In this document: positions 50,270 through 63,319 of the stretch, one piece after another
Numbering within the stretch: the stretch's first letter is position 1
How the letters are laid out: each line of letters begins with the position of its first letter
Source: Gnetum montanum
Lineage: Eukaryota > Plantae > Gnetophyta
Assembly: GCA_015680685.1 (NCBI GenBank)
Contig: MNCI01000178.1
Span: forward strand, 210,941-274,940
Direction: 5' to 3'
DNA: 64,000 nt
The notes under the pieces: generated by a model
Told to the model about the DNA's origin: nothing
Seen by the model: the letters and a program-made list of their open reading frames with translations, nothing else
The model's database searches: none
Program-made: the position numbers and the translations under genes

Positions 50270-53200
50270 TGGAGGCCTAAGTCAATGACTAGATGAATGC
50301 CCTTGAGAATCAAATTAATGAAATTATGGGTGTTCAAGAAGAGCTTCATTAGTCAAATCAAGGATTCGAGACAGAGATGTAGGATATGTCCAAGGAAAAA
50401 TTAGGAAATTATCCTAGAGTTTGGAGGATAAATGATTAGACGTGCAAGGAAATATGGATTCCTTTCTAGACTCCATCAAATAATTAACCGACCATCTCAC
50501 TTAGTCTTCAAATCCTAGCCATGTTCCACCTAGATATCAATATCAAGATCAAGATCAACTTCCCCCTAGGGATTCACCTAGAAACCAACCCCCACCTGTT
50601 GGTCACCAAGATACCGATATTTCTTCTTTAGGTTGTAGAGAAGAAACTGAAGGTGAGGGATATGAGAACTAACTTAATCCACCTAAAGAATCACTAACAA
50701 AAGTTCATTCCAAGAAGGTAAAATTAGACCATTATGGTGGAGCCCCTACATCTAGTGCCAAGACAAAAGATTTGCTTGATATAATGAAAAATTCCTTTGA
50801 TATGCTAAATCTATCAAGTAAAGAACATTTAGAAGTCATCTCCCTATATTTAAGAGATTTTGCAACAACATGGTGGAATGGACTAAGATCTCAAGGTTTG
50901 ATTATAAACTGGCTTAATTTTTATTGAGATTTTGAATAAAAATTTGTACTCAATTCTTTTTTCAAAGAGCGCAAAATGAGATTTGATTCCTTTAGATTGG
51001 AAAGACAATCCATAGAAGATTACTACAAAGAGTTCTATGACGTTTCTCGATATGTAAGCTACCAAGATGAAGGATAATTAGCTTTAAAGTTCATTGGTGT
51101 ACTAGGTGCACAATTACATTCCTAGACATTAGCACATAATCCTCAAATAGTTGATGAAGAATATAGAATTGTTAAATATTATGAAGAATCAAATCAAGTA
51201 CAAAGTACCCTTTGACAAGCTACCCTTCAATAAGCAACAGTAGAAGAAACACCAACTAAGAGAGCTCAACTGGGAATAGGATGTTTTGTTTTGATGAAGA
51301 TCATTTCAAATGAGACTATCCAAAATTACGAGAAAAGGTACAAAGGACTAATCCAATTGAAAATCAAAAACCCAACCCAAACATGAATAAAGGAAAAATC
51401 TCAACCACCATCATAGTTGTGAAGAAGATATCTACATCAACTAAATTAGGTTTGCATAAATTTCAATTTTCTTTACTGATTTTTGAAGGTTCAGTTGAAG
51501 GTAAAAAATCAAATTTTTTATTGATAGTAGTGCCAGTGATAATTTTATTTCTCCAAAGTTAATTAATTTATTGAAATTAATTTTACCTTCCAAGAAAAAT
51601 ATTAAGATAGAACTTGAAAATGAAACAACTATGAGCAAGCATACCAAGTATGGAAAAATTAACTTTACTTTGCAAAACATGCCTTTTGTTGATGAATTTT
51701 GTGAATTTGAACTAGGTGATGTTCATGTAATTTTAGGAATGTCTTTCCTACAAAAATTTGATATTACTACCCACTTTGGAACTCATATTTTAAAAGTCCC
51801 AATGATTGATGGAGTCAAGGTTCTAAGGGGGTAGGAATAGTAAAGCAAATTCATACGATAACCATTAAGAAAGCCAAAAGATTAGTCCAAAAGGATGCTA
51901 TGGTGTTGTTTGTCAAAGTAAATCAACCCCAAAAATCTTTAGATATTGAGATTCCAAAAGAACTTAAGGAAGATAAATATTCAATATTTGGTGAAACTAG
52001 AGAATTGCCTCCAAAATGGACTATTGAGCATGCTATTAATATTTTTCCCACTACACAACCTATTTCAAAAGCCCCTTATAGTTTTTCTACTTTTTAATTA
52101 AGAGAATTGAAAGTACAATTAGATCAACTTTTGAAAGAAGGGAAAATTCGACCTAGCATATCACCTTGGGGTGCACCAGTCTTATTCATTAAAAAGAAAG
52201 ATGATACATTAAGATTATGCATCGATTATAGGGAATTGAATAAAGTGATCATTAAAAATACTTATCCTTTACCTAGAATTAATGATTTGTTTGATCAACT
52301 TATCAGTGTATGTTATTTTTCAAATATTGATTTAAAATTAGGTTATCACCAAATAAGGATTAAGGAGAAAGATATTAAAAAATTGCTTTCAAAACTAGGT
52401 ATGGATTATACAAATTTGTTGTGATGCCATTTGGATTAACTAATGCACTGAAACACTCATGGAATTAATGAATAATATTTTTCATGAATATCTTGATCAG
52501 TTTGTTATAGTATTTATGGATGATATACTTGTTTATTCTAAGTCAATAGAAGAACATGTCAAACATTTGAAAATTACAATGGAAATTCTTAAAGAGCATT
52601 AATTAAAAGCTAAATTAAGTAAATATGAACTCTTTAAAGAAGAAGTCTCTTATTTAGGCCATATAGTTTCTAAAAAAGGATTACAAGTAGATCCAGCAAA
52701 AGTTAGTGTAATTAGAGACTAGCCTAAATTAAAAGATGCTATAGCGCTTCACAGTTTTCTAGGCTAAGCAAGTTTTTATTAACATTTCTTTAAAGATTGT
52801 TCTACTTTAGTAGCCCCTTTGACTAACTTTTATAGAAAAAATGTGTGTTCAAGTTTGATGAAAAATGCAAGAAAGCTTTCCTTACATTAAAGATGCTACT
52901 CACAAGAACACATATTCTAAGAATTCTAGATGAAGAATTACCATTAGAAGTATCCATGGATACCTATGGATAGGAATTAGTGCAATTATTTCATAAGAAG
53001 ATAAAGTAGTATGTTATGAATCTTGTAAATGACAACCCATGACTTAGAATTACTAGCAATTGTTCATGCTCTAAAAGTTTGGAGATATTATCTTTGTGGA
53101 AAATGGTTTGTATTAAAAACATGTCATAAAAGTCTATAATATTTGCAAAGACAGCCTATTTTGAATATTCATCAATGATGATGGGTATAATTATTACCTA

Positions 53201-54726
53201 AATATGATTTTGAAATCAAATATATTCCTAAAAAACAAAATGTAGTAGTCGATGCCCTTAGTCAAATATGGAACTTGATAGGTATGGTAACGACCTTGAT
53301 GGAAGAATAAACTAAGGAGAAAATAAAAGAAGATCCTTACTTTAAGAAGACTTTAACCAATATTTTCTCTTAGCCTCAATATCAATTTGCTTCTAAGGTT
53401 TATTGATGAAATACCAAAGAGTGTGCATACCAAAAGCAAATTGTAGACTAAGGTTGTTGTGTGAAGCACATGAAGTACCATATGTAGTAACACCCAAGTT
53501 ATATTAAGACTTATATGATGTTACATAAATCTTATTTCTAGCCTAGAATGAAGAATGATATTACCTCATACATTAAAAATTTTCCAACATGCCAAAGGAT
53601 AAAATTTGAACAAAGGAAACCTAGTGGACTATTATACCCTCTAGAAGTTCCAACCTAGAAACAGGAAGATATTACCTTGGATTTCATTATGGGATTGCTA
53701 ATAACCAAAAAATAAAATGACTTGATCTTAGTAGTGGTTGATCTTCTATCAAAGATGGCACATTTTATAGCTTTGAAATCTATAAACACAGTAGAAGAAG
53801 TAGCCCAAAAATTTGTATGAGAAGTATTTCCATTTCATGTTTGTCCAAAATCTATCATCTCAAATTGAGATCCTAGGTTCATATTTAAGTTTTGGCAAAA
53901 TTTCTTCAAAGAGCTTAGAACCCAATTGAAATTTAGCATAGCTTACCATCTTGAGACTAATGGGCAAACCAAATGTATGAATAGAATATTAGAAGATATT
54001 CTCTGAAGTTATGTAGGAAGTAGACCAAAAACGTGGGAGAATTACTTACATCTAGTAGAATTTTCCTATAACAAAAATTATCAACATTCCATACATCAAA
54101 CACCATTCAAAGTAATATATGGACATAATTGTTGTATGCCACTAACTTGGGTAGATCCAACCTTAAGAATGGAATGGAAGAAAGAAGAAATGAAAATAAT
54201 GGCAAACATTATTACAAGAATTAAATAAAATTTACAAGCTACCTAAGATAAATATAAGGGATACGTAGATCAACATCGACTAAAGAAAAAATTCCAAGTA
54301 GGAGATCAAGTATTACTAAGAGTTAAATGCACCAAAAGTTCTCTTAAAGTTGGAAAATATACTAAATTGACACCTGGATATTATGGACCTTTTGAAATTT
54401 CTAAAATAATTGGCAAAGTGGCATATTGATTAAATCTTCTAGCAACCTTAAAAATTCATCTAGTTTATCATGTAAGTTTGATAAAGAAATTTCATGCAAA
54501 TGATGTGCCATACATGCTAGATTAGAATACCTTGCCCCTATGATCCAACGCCAACTTTAAAGTTAAACCAATTGTAATTAAGAACCAATAAACCAATAAG
54601 TTAAGAAATAAAACTATCAACGAAGTACTTGTTCAGTGGTCAAATTGTGATCAACAGACTTGGAAAAGCATGGAGTTTATTCTTAATACTTACCTCCAAC
54701 TTTTTGATCATCATGATATTGAATGA
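50270..54726 (+). pseudogene. Decayed gag-pol of E (gag, PR, RT, RNase H, INT, chromodomain)
   Basis: FFIDSSASDNFIS..HVILGMSFL (PR); [31 protein letters not shown] and FVIVFMDDILVYS (RT); DLELLAIVHALKVWRYYL (RH); ITLDFIMGL and YYGPFEI (INT); KLRNKTINEVLVQWSNCDQQTW (chromodomain). Start is approximate. Confidence 0.95.
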
Positions 54727-54743
54727 TAAATTGTATTTATTAT

Positions 54744-55514
54744 TGATGAGACGCGACATGCACTAGGCCGCGATATCGCGTCTTTCCCTACGATATCGNN
54801 NNNNNNNNNNNNNNNNNNNNNNNNNNNNNNNNNNNNNNNNNNNNNNNNNNNNNNNNNNNNNNNNNNNNNNNNNNNNNNNNNNNNNNNNNNNNNNNNNNNN
54901 NNNNNNNNNNNNNNNNNNNNNNNNNNNNNNNNNNNNNNNNNNNNNNNNNNNNNNNNNNNNNNNNNNNNNNNNNNNNNNNNNNNNNNNNNNNNNNNNNNNN
55001 NNNNNNNNNNNNNNNNNNNNNNNNNNNNNNNNNNNNNNNNNNNNNNNNNNNNNNNNNNNNNNNNNNNNNNNNNNNNNNNNNNNNNNNNNNNNNNNNNNNN
55101 NNNNNNNNNNNNNNNNNNNNNNNNNNNNNNNNNNNNNNNNNNNNNNNNNNNNNNNNNNNNNNNNNNNNNNNNNNNNNNNNNNNNNNNNNNNNNNNNNNNN
55201 NNNNNNNNNNNNNNNNNNNNNNNNNNNNNNGCTAGTTAACTTAGACTTAGGACATTAGTTAGAATTAGCTTAGTTTCTCAACCCTTTCCTCTGATAGCAT
55301 AGAAGATAAACCGAAAAATACCAAAAAAATCACATACCTCAGACTTGCTTAACCATACACCGTGACACTTACAAGCAAGCCTGGGAAGACAACGAATGAT
55401 TAACCCCAAGTGTTTCTTGTGGTGTTAAGGCATTTAGTCTGCGGAGTTCGACCGGATCGCGCGTGCATGCTCGTATTCGTATGGTTGAGTGTAGGGGTAC
55501 CTCGCCACTCATCA
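54744..55514 (+). mobile_element. Probable solo LTR of the Athila-like TGAT...ATCA family (centre is an N-gap)
   Basis: tgatgagacgcg...ggtacctcgccactcatca; perfect TSD attat (54739-54743, 55515-55519); reverse-complement match to 19877-20170. Confidence 0.88.
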
Positions 55515-55648
55515 ATTATTGATGTAATAAATTATACTTTATAATTTTTGTCTTCTATTTATATAGATGGTAATGAGCATAATAAAGAAGCTAAAGCTAA
55601 GGATCATAATGAAGAAGTAGCAGTTCAGCAATAGCCAAAAACTCCTTT

Positions 55649-58600
55649 AGAAACCACATACCCCAAAACTCCTTCATGAAACCCAAAAATAGAGTGTTGC
55701 ACAACCCAAACAATGGATTTACAAGGCATGAGCCTCTACCATCTATCCAACTGCTCCTAACCCTTGGAAAACTTACTGCTAAGGATGAGCAAGTGTTCAA
55801 CAACAAGTTACTCCAAGGGAAGGGCTAGTGTAGGTCTTTGAATCCACGAAAGGTAATTTTTGAGATGATACAATCACGAAACAATAACCCAAATATCTGC
55901 ACCCATGATCCAAGATGACTGGGCTTTCTTACTCCAACCTCAAAGGTTAATAAAACACCATGAGCTTCAAGATCCCATATGAACATTTGCATCAAGGCAC
56001 TCACATTTTCAATTAACATAATCCGAGAGCACCCTTCACATTCTATTCATCTAGTTTCCTAGTTAACTCAATGCCTGTGAATAAAAGCAAGACACCCAAA
56101 CCCGCCTAAAGGACAAGAGAACCTATGTCCTCTTCGTTCCCCTACACGTGCACATGAACTTGCATCTTACCACCCGTGTGCTACTAAGAGGTCCAATTAA
56201 TGATAGGGCATAGAAAGCATGCACCTAATGCTACCCCATGGGGGTGTCGAGATGCTCTGTTATCTCAACTGCACCAAATCGATGCAACCGTTTGCACATG
56301 CTCAACTGATATCATTTTTAGAGAGACTTTTTCAATATCATAGCCATCAGTATTAACAACCCATCCAATCGATGTGCCCATCTCGCAACATTCTGAATAA
56401 TCGCACCGCAAGATAAGCAAACAAGCCTCTTAGGATATAGGCTTCTAGATACCCACATTCGCTGTTCAAAAACCACACATCTCTAAATTCCTTCATGAAA
56501 CCCAAAAATAGAGTGTCACACAGCCAAAACAATGGATTTACAAGGCATGAGCCAATACCATCTGTCCAACTGCTCCTAACCCTTGGAAAACTTATCGCCA
56601 AGGATGAGCAAGCATTTAAACCCAACAAGTTACTCCAAGGGAAGGGCCAGTGTAAGTCTCTAAATCCACAAAAGGTAATTTTTGAGATCATACAATCATG
56701 AAATGGTAACCCAAATATCTACACCCACATTCTAGGATGATTGGGCTTTCTTGCTCCAACCTTGAAGGTTAACGAAACACCATGGGCTTGAGGATCCCAG
56801 ATGAACATTTGCATCAAGGCACTCACGTTTCCAATTAACATAATTCGAGAGCACCCTCCACATTCTATTCATTTGGTTTCCTAGTTGACTCAACACCCAT
56901 GAATGAAGAGCAAGACACCCACACCTACATGAAGAACAAGAGAACCTACGTCCTCTTTGTTCCCCGACACATGCATGTGAACTCCCATCTTACCACCCAT
57001 GTGCTACTAAGAGGTCCAATCAATGATAAGATAAAGAAAGCATGCACCTAACACTACCTCATGGGGGCATCGAGATGCTCTGCTACCTCAACTACACCAA
57101 ATTGACACAATCGTTCACACATGCTCAGCCAATATCATTTTTAGAGTGACTTTTTCAATACCATAGCCATCAGTATTGACAACCCATCCAATCGATGCAC
57201 CCATCTCGCAACATTTTGAACAATCCCACTGCAAGATAAAAAAACAAGCCTGANTCTGCATGGAAAATGTGGGTATATGGAAGCCTAGATCCTATCAGGC
57301 TTGTTTTTTTATCTTGCAGTGGGATTGTTCAAAATGTTGCGAGATGGGTGCATCGATTGGATGGGTTGTCAATACTGATGGCTATGGTATTGAAAAAGTC
57401 ACTCTAAAAATGATATTGGCTGAGCATGTGTGAACGATTGTGTCAATTTGGTGTAGTTGAGGTAGCAGAGCATCTCGATGCCCCCATGAGGTAGTGTTAG
57501 GTGCATGCTTTCTTTATCTTATCATTGATTGGACCTCTTAGTAGCACATGGGTGGTAAGATGGGAGTTCACATGCATGTGTCGGGGAACAAAGAGGACGT
57601 AGGTTCTCTTGTTCTTCATGTAGNAATCTTGAAGGTTAACAAAACACCATGGGCTTGAGGATCTTAGATGAACATTTTCCTCAAGGAACTCATGTTTCCA
57701 ATTAACGTAATCCAAGAGCACCCTCCACATTCTATTCATCTAATTTCCTAGTCGACTTGACACCCATGAATGAAGAGCAAGACATCCACACATGCATGAA
57801 GGATAAGAGAACCTATGTCCTCTTCGTTCCTTAGCACATGCATGTGAACTTGCATCTTACCACCCATGTGCTACTAAGAGGTTCAATCAGTGATAAGGCA
57901 AAGAAAGCGTGCACCCGATGCTACCCCATGGGGGCATCGAGATGCTCTACTACCTCAATTGCACCAAATTGACACAACCATTTTCACATGCTCAACCAAT
58001 ATCATTTTTAGAGAGACTTTTTCAATACCATAGCCATCAATATTAACAACCCATCCAATCAATGTGCCCATCTCACGACATTCTTAACAATCACACCACA
58101 AGATAAACAAACAAGCCTCCTAATATCTAGGCTTCTAGATACCTACATTGTTGTTCAAAAACCACACACCTCCAAAGCTTTTTGTGAAACCCAAAAAATA
58201 GAGTGTTGTGTAGCCAAAATAATGGATTTATGAGGCATATGCCTCTACCATCTATCTAACTACTCATAACTCTTGGAAAGCTTAATACCAAGGATGAGCA
58301 AGCATTCAAACTCAACAAGTTACTCCAAGGGAAGGGCCAGCGTAAGTCTCTGAATCCACATAAGGTAATTTTTGAGATCATACGATCATGAAATGGTAAC
58401 CCAAATATCTGCAATCACGTTCCAAGATGATTGGGATTTCTTGCTCCAACCTTGAAGGATAACGAAACACCATGGGCTTGAGGATCTCAAATGAACATTT
58501 GCATCAAGGTATTCATGTTTCCAATTAACATAATCCAAGAGCACCCTCCACATTCTATTCATCTAGTTTCCTAGTTAACTCAATGCCCATGAATGAAGAG

Positions 58601-59106
58601 CAAGACACCCACACCTGCATAAAGGATAAGAGAACCTATGTCCTCTTCGTTCCCTATCACATGCACATGAACTTGCATCTTACCACCCATGTGCTACTAA
58701 GAGGTTTGATCAGTGATAAGGCAAAGAAAGCATGCACCCAACGCTACTCAATGGGGGTGTTGAGATGCTCTGCTACCTCAACTGTATCAAATCGATGCAA
58801 CCATTCACACGTGCTCAACCGATATCATTTTTAAATAGACTTTTTCAATACCATAGCCATCAGTATTAACAACCCATCCAATTAATGCACCCATCTCACA
58901 ACATTCTAAATAATCACACCACAATATAAACAAACAAGCCTCCTAGGATCTAGGCTTCCACATACTTGCATTCACCATTCAGAAATCACACACCAACAAA
59001 GTCCTCTATGAAATCCAAGAATAGAGTGTCGCGCAACCAAAATAATGGGTTTATGAGCCATGAGCCTCTACCATCTTTCCGACTACTCCTAACCCTTGGA
59101 AAACTT
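55649..59106. repeat. Tandem array of ~820-bp units (about 4 copies) in the 3' UTR of E
   Basis: cttcatgaaacccaaaaatagagtg at 55672 and 56491 (period 819); equivalents at ~58186 and ~59010 (period 824). 57255-57623 is an inverted assembly piece. Confidence 0.92.
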
Positions 59107-59119
59107 AATGGGGGTAGAT

Positions 59120-59639
59120 TATAACATCCCATTCCTTGTTAAAGTTGGAAACAAATTTTAACAATGTAGTTAACCTTCAAATGAAAGGGTGCCTCATTAC
59201 AAGAAGCTATGATTGTTCATGTATCCTTTGGGAATGGATTTGACCTATGCCATTTAAGGTAGGGTTTATAGGTCATGTTGGCATGGAGTTGCAAAGCCTA
59301 GAATGGCAAGTGATGAGAGCTAGATGAAGCAGGACAAGAAGGGACTAATCACCCCTTCGACTAGATAGCCTAACTATGGTGGCAGCATTGGATTGCCTCT
59401 AAGGCCTAAGTAGCATGGGAGGATAACCCAAAGAGCGTTACAATAAAACACTCTTACTAATAAAGTTCTTTTTATTTCTATTTTTTATTCTGTGTATCAG
59501 CTATTTATTTGTCATTCATTCATTTATTTATCAAATTATTTTATGATAGTTCCATTATATTACTTACGATTGCAATGAATATGATGAATTAAGTGATGAA
59601 TGATCATGTTTTTACAACATCCAAGAATGAGATATCATA
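59120..59639 (+). repeat. 3' LTR of E (520 bp)
   Basis: tataacatccc...gagatatcata; termini decayed TG>TA and CA>TA. Confidence 0.92.
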
Positions 59640-59713
59640 TTATGCTAGTTGTTTAGACCACCAAAAGACCAAAAATGACCATACCAAGCTTGGGAAAACA
59701 CCCTTTAATGTCA

Positions 59714-59779
59714 ACTACATTAAAGGAAGGTAAGACTACGCTAGGCCAATGTAGTCCCTAGTAGGGCCCAGCATAGTCA
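59714..59779. repeat. Additional unit of the nested-palindrome array, displaced by insertion E
   Basis: actacattaaaggaaggtaagactacgctaggccaatgtagtccctagtagggcccagcatagtc. Confidence 0.88.
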
Positions 59780-59934
59780 CAACAAACATGTCATTTTTTG
59801 CTTCAAAATAGCCTTGGAATGGCCCCCTCATGTGCCCAAACTCTCTTGACAATCCTATAGGCCCATACCATGGCTCGCTAAGGCCTAAAACTAGCAAAAT
59901 CTAACCTTGTTTAACCTATATTAGCCAAGTTTTA

Positions 59935-62900
59935 TTTAAACATCTCCACAAAGTTGGTGAAAAGATATTCCATGGAGATGATAGACCCACAAGAAAAATA
60001 TCTATACTATTCAAGTGCTTTTCAAGTTATGAAGTTGATAAAACATCTAAGGATGATGTGGGGGTAGTTGACCAATAGCATGCATTCATTGCAAAAGATG
60101 ATGACATAATTCATGAGATTAGATTATTCATTATACTTAGTAAATTTTGGGAGGAAAACCCCCTTAGGAACTTGGGCATGTATGATCAATGGGCTAATGG
60201 GATCAATAAGAAGATTGGTAGTAGAAACAACAAGAATACCCCCATGTAATGTTATGGTCTTTTACATTTGATCCTCATTAACTTGCAACCTAGATGAAAG
60301 ATCTTAAAGAAACATTAATTCAGAAGGAACTTTAGGAATAGATGATGTAACAATATTACCCCAAATGGAGTTATGAATGGGCAAAGTTGGCTAGCAAGGT
60401 GTAAAAGTGGACATGAAGATAGATTGTAAAACATTGTATAGATGCATAGGCGAAGAAGGTGGGAGAATTGGTAGTGAAATTTATGGCTATTAGACTTGTG
60501 GTGTTAGGGATGATGATTGAAGAATGTTTAATAAAGGATTAGGATTTTAAGCTTGTGTAAGAGGTGTTGGATTCATAGTAGATGTGTTAGGAAATAGGCT
60601 ATATGAGAATGGCAAAGTGATTGATGGTGGGGTAATAGTAGCTAGAGAAATGAACATAGATGTAATAAGATTAGTGGTTTGAGGAATATGTAAGGAAAAT
60701 GAATTACTAGACTTAATAAGATTGAGATGCTATAGAATTAGACTCTACAATTGCATGGTATGTGGGGGAAAGAGTTTTGTAGGTAACGAAGTATGAGGAT
60801 TCTCATCCTAATCATCATCCTAAATGTTGATTCCACCACCCTCACTATGTTGGTCATAGAATTAATAATTATTGCTACTAAAGTTGATATTAAGATGTTC
60901 CATAAAGTGATCCATCATAATCTGTTTCTACTAAATCTCCATGTTGGTCAATGCCTAAATCTCATCTCTAATAGCAAGGTACTATGTTAACATGGCCTAC
61001 TTGAATGGGTTCAACCCAATGAGATGGTTTGGATTAGGTATGAATGGTTCCAATCCATTGGTTATCTCGTATGTTGTCATCTTCCTTATCTCACTTTTAG
61101 AAAGAGGTATGTTCAACTCTTACTTTTCACGTGCGACCTTGTAATCACGTTGATTCATGGATGATGTGAGAACCAATGCCTTCCAGATCTCCATTAGTCT
61201 ATACCTCTAGAAGCTATGAAATAAGTAAGAACTTTAACTAAACATGGTCTCAATGATTATCTCCTACACAGACTTAGAAATAGAGATCAAGTGCAAATGG
61301 GAAAAATAAAACTAAGTGGTAAACGTTATTAAAATTCTAAGTATGGAAAGGACCTATAAGCTACTAGGAAATGAGCTTTTGATACTAAAGTAACTTATTG
61401 GCACTCCTTCTAGCACCAAAAATTTTTATGCAAAATTGTTCTTTTTTAATCTTGCAAGAGCACCTTCATGAATCAAATGCTAAATATCTAACTCATATCC
61501 ATAAATGGTCTTTAGATCAATATAATCCTAATAAGTCAACAATCATGACACAAAGGGATAGAAACTTTCAATTAAATAGACTCAGCCTACCATCCATGAA
61601 CTAAAAATGATAGGAGAGTCAATGAGAAATGGTAAGTCTAAGTAGTAGAACTAATGATATCTAAATGATGGAAATAAAAACTAAGTATGGAAATGAACTA
61701 TGAGTAGTGCAAAATAAAATCTTAAGTATGAGAATTATGTTTATGATGGTTTAGAGTGAAATTTAAATAATAAATGAGATAATTGATATGAAAAAAAAGG
61801 AATTTAATATTCCCTTTCCAATGATCATTATGCTTGATTGATTAAAAATGAAGTTTGCCTCCTATGAAGGGCCAAAACTACAAGAGATGGTGAAAATTAT
61901 GTGAGATAATATTAAAAAATCTCAATTTATGAGCAAATTATGGGTTTGAATGATAAAATTTGACCTTTAGGAGATGTGGATGTGAGTAGGGAAGCTACAA
62001 ACACCATTCATAAGTTATTCAAATTTAAAACAAGACTATTTTGGTGAAGTGTTGAGTAAGTGATGCTAAAAAATTCTAACTCTAGAGATAGTGATAGATG
62101 TTGAAAATTTCTAACCCTAGAAAGGTGATGTGGGAAGGGCCTAAGTGACACACACATTGGCGTTAGCATTAGTATGTGGACTATCGAGGACTTAGCTGCT
62201 AGACGAAGTTTGCAAACTACTAGTGGGAGATATGGTAGCCATGAAGTACAAAGCAGATGCTGGAAAGATAGATGTTCATGCTCTTGTTCTCTCGAAATAT
62301 GAAAAAGTACTTTGGATCTTCATACGCTAGCTTCCAGTTTGGGTTTTTGTCCCATATTTATAGGCCTAGGATTTTCAAATTTGACTTCAAAATTTAACTT
62401 GAAAGATTTGAGTGTTGTTGGTCATGTAGGTGATGGCATTGATGTTGACACTGGCATTAACATCAATGTCATCCAGGGAGTTAAAAAAATTTCCCAACAT
62501 TTTTCAAACTATAATTCTAAGTTTCAAGGATCCTTTTTTATGCCCAAACTAATATCGAATCAAGCTAAGATGATGCTTACAAGAGGCCAAGGACCTTGTG
62601 AGCTTGAGAGATGATGTTAAATGCAAAGCTTGGAGGTCTTGCTTAATACTAATGCAACAAGAATGATGTTAATACTAGTGATACAACTTGAAGGCCACCT
62701 AGCAATACTTTGCTGAAAATCCAATTCCAACCTTTCAAATTGCTTTCAAACTTGTCAAATTTGTCATTTGATGCCTTAGGGATGATGTCGACTGATCATC
62801 AAAGGGCTTGTGAGTCTAAGAATCGAGCCAGAATGTTGGTTTTTACATGTGAAAGAGTGTTGTACTTAGCCTAGACTAGTGATACAAGTGATAAAGCATC

Positions 62901-63270
62901 AACATCACCTAGATTTAGAAAAAAATTTACTTTTTTTATGGTCCCAGGTGAACTTGCTCAAATTACCAATAATTAATACCTACCATACTTAGGCTATTGT
63001 AGATGAGTGGTTGGATGTTCCACAAAGTTGAAATGGAGACCTTAAAATAGCTTTGATGATGATAACACAAAGATAGTTATCCAGGGATGACGCTAATGCT
63101 AGAGCATCACTTATGGGACTTAGAAAAATTTTCATTTCTTGAATTTTTTAACGTTATCAAAATTAATGCTCATATGTTAGGTTATGAATTGAAATGATCC
63201 GAGGCCTTTAAAGACTTAAGATATACCTTGTAACCTTGTTTTCGGACTTTGATGCTCAAACTTAAGTAAA
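59935..63270 (-). mobile_element. Truncated Tat-like element F: 5' LTR (~63270-61423), PBS, gag N-terminus (~61195-59935)
   Basis: Minus-strand DPISPLIIHAQVPKGVFLPKFTKYN..KALE(W)YRYFSCGSIISME resembles A gag; TATA at 62355-62362 (minus); PBS at 61404-61418. LTR outer edge uncertain. Confidence 0.75.
61404..61418 (-). promoter_or_regulatory. tRNA-Asn-type PBS of F
   Basis: Minus strand tggtgctagaaggag, one C>T from TGGCGCTAGAAGGAG. Confidence 0.8.
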
Positions 63271-63319
63271 ACTATGCAAAACCATATTTGTCTGAGTCAT
63301 TGTGAAACCGAAAAAGTCG

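Larger units (their letters stand above)
45254..59639 (+). mobile_element. Full-length chromovirus (Tekay-like) LTR retrotransposon E, decayed
   Basis: LTRs 45254-45767 and 59120-59639; TSD ttgtg/ttatg; PBS-iMet; gag-pol with chromodomain; PPT aatgggggtaga at ~59107-59118. Confidence 0.93.
17992..59935 (+). mobile_element. Tat-like element copy A2, fragmented by nested insertions (own sequence: 17992-19876, 21112-24840, 38200-45253, 59640-~59935)
   Basis: Homology to A1, PBS at 19537, and the palindrome array continuing across insertion E. Linking 38200+ to A2 is inferred from architecture and the shared LTR motif. Confidence 0.65.

Noticed and set aside
57255-57623. Inversion inside the 820-bp array
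   Set aside because: Largely a near-exact reverse complement of ~56926-57253, bounded by single n characters; likely an assembly artefact.
1-63270. Fungal RIP as the cause of the C>T excess
   Set aside because: The TE lineages, tRNA PBS types and RLK relic are plant-type, and visible changes concentrate at CG/CHG, consistent with plant methylation decay.
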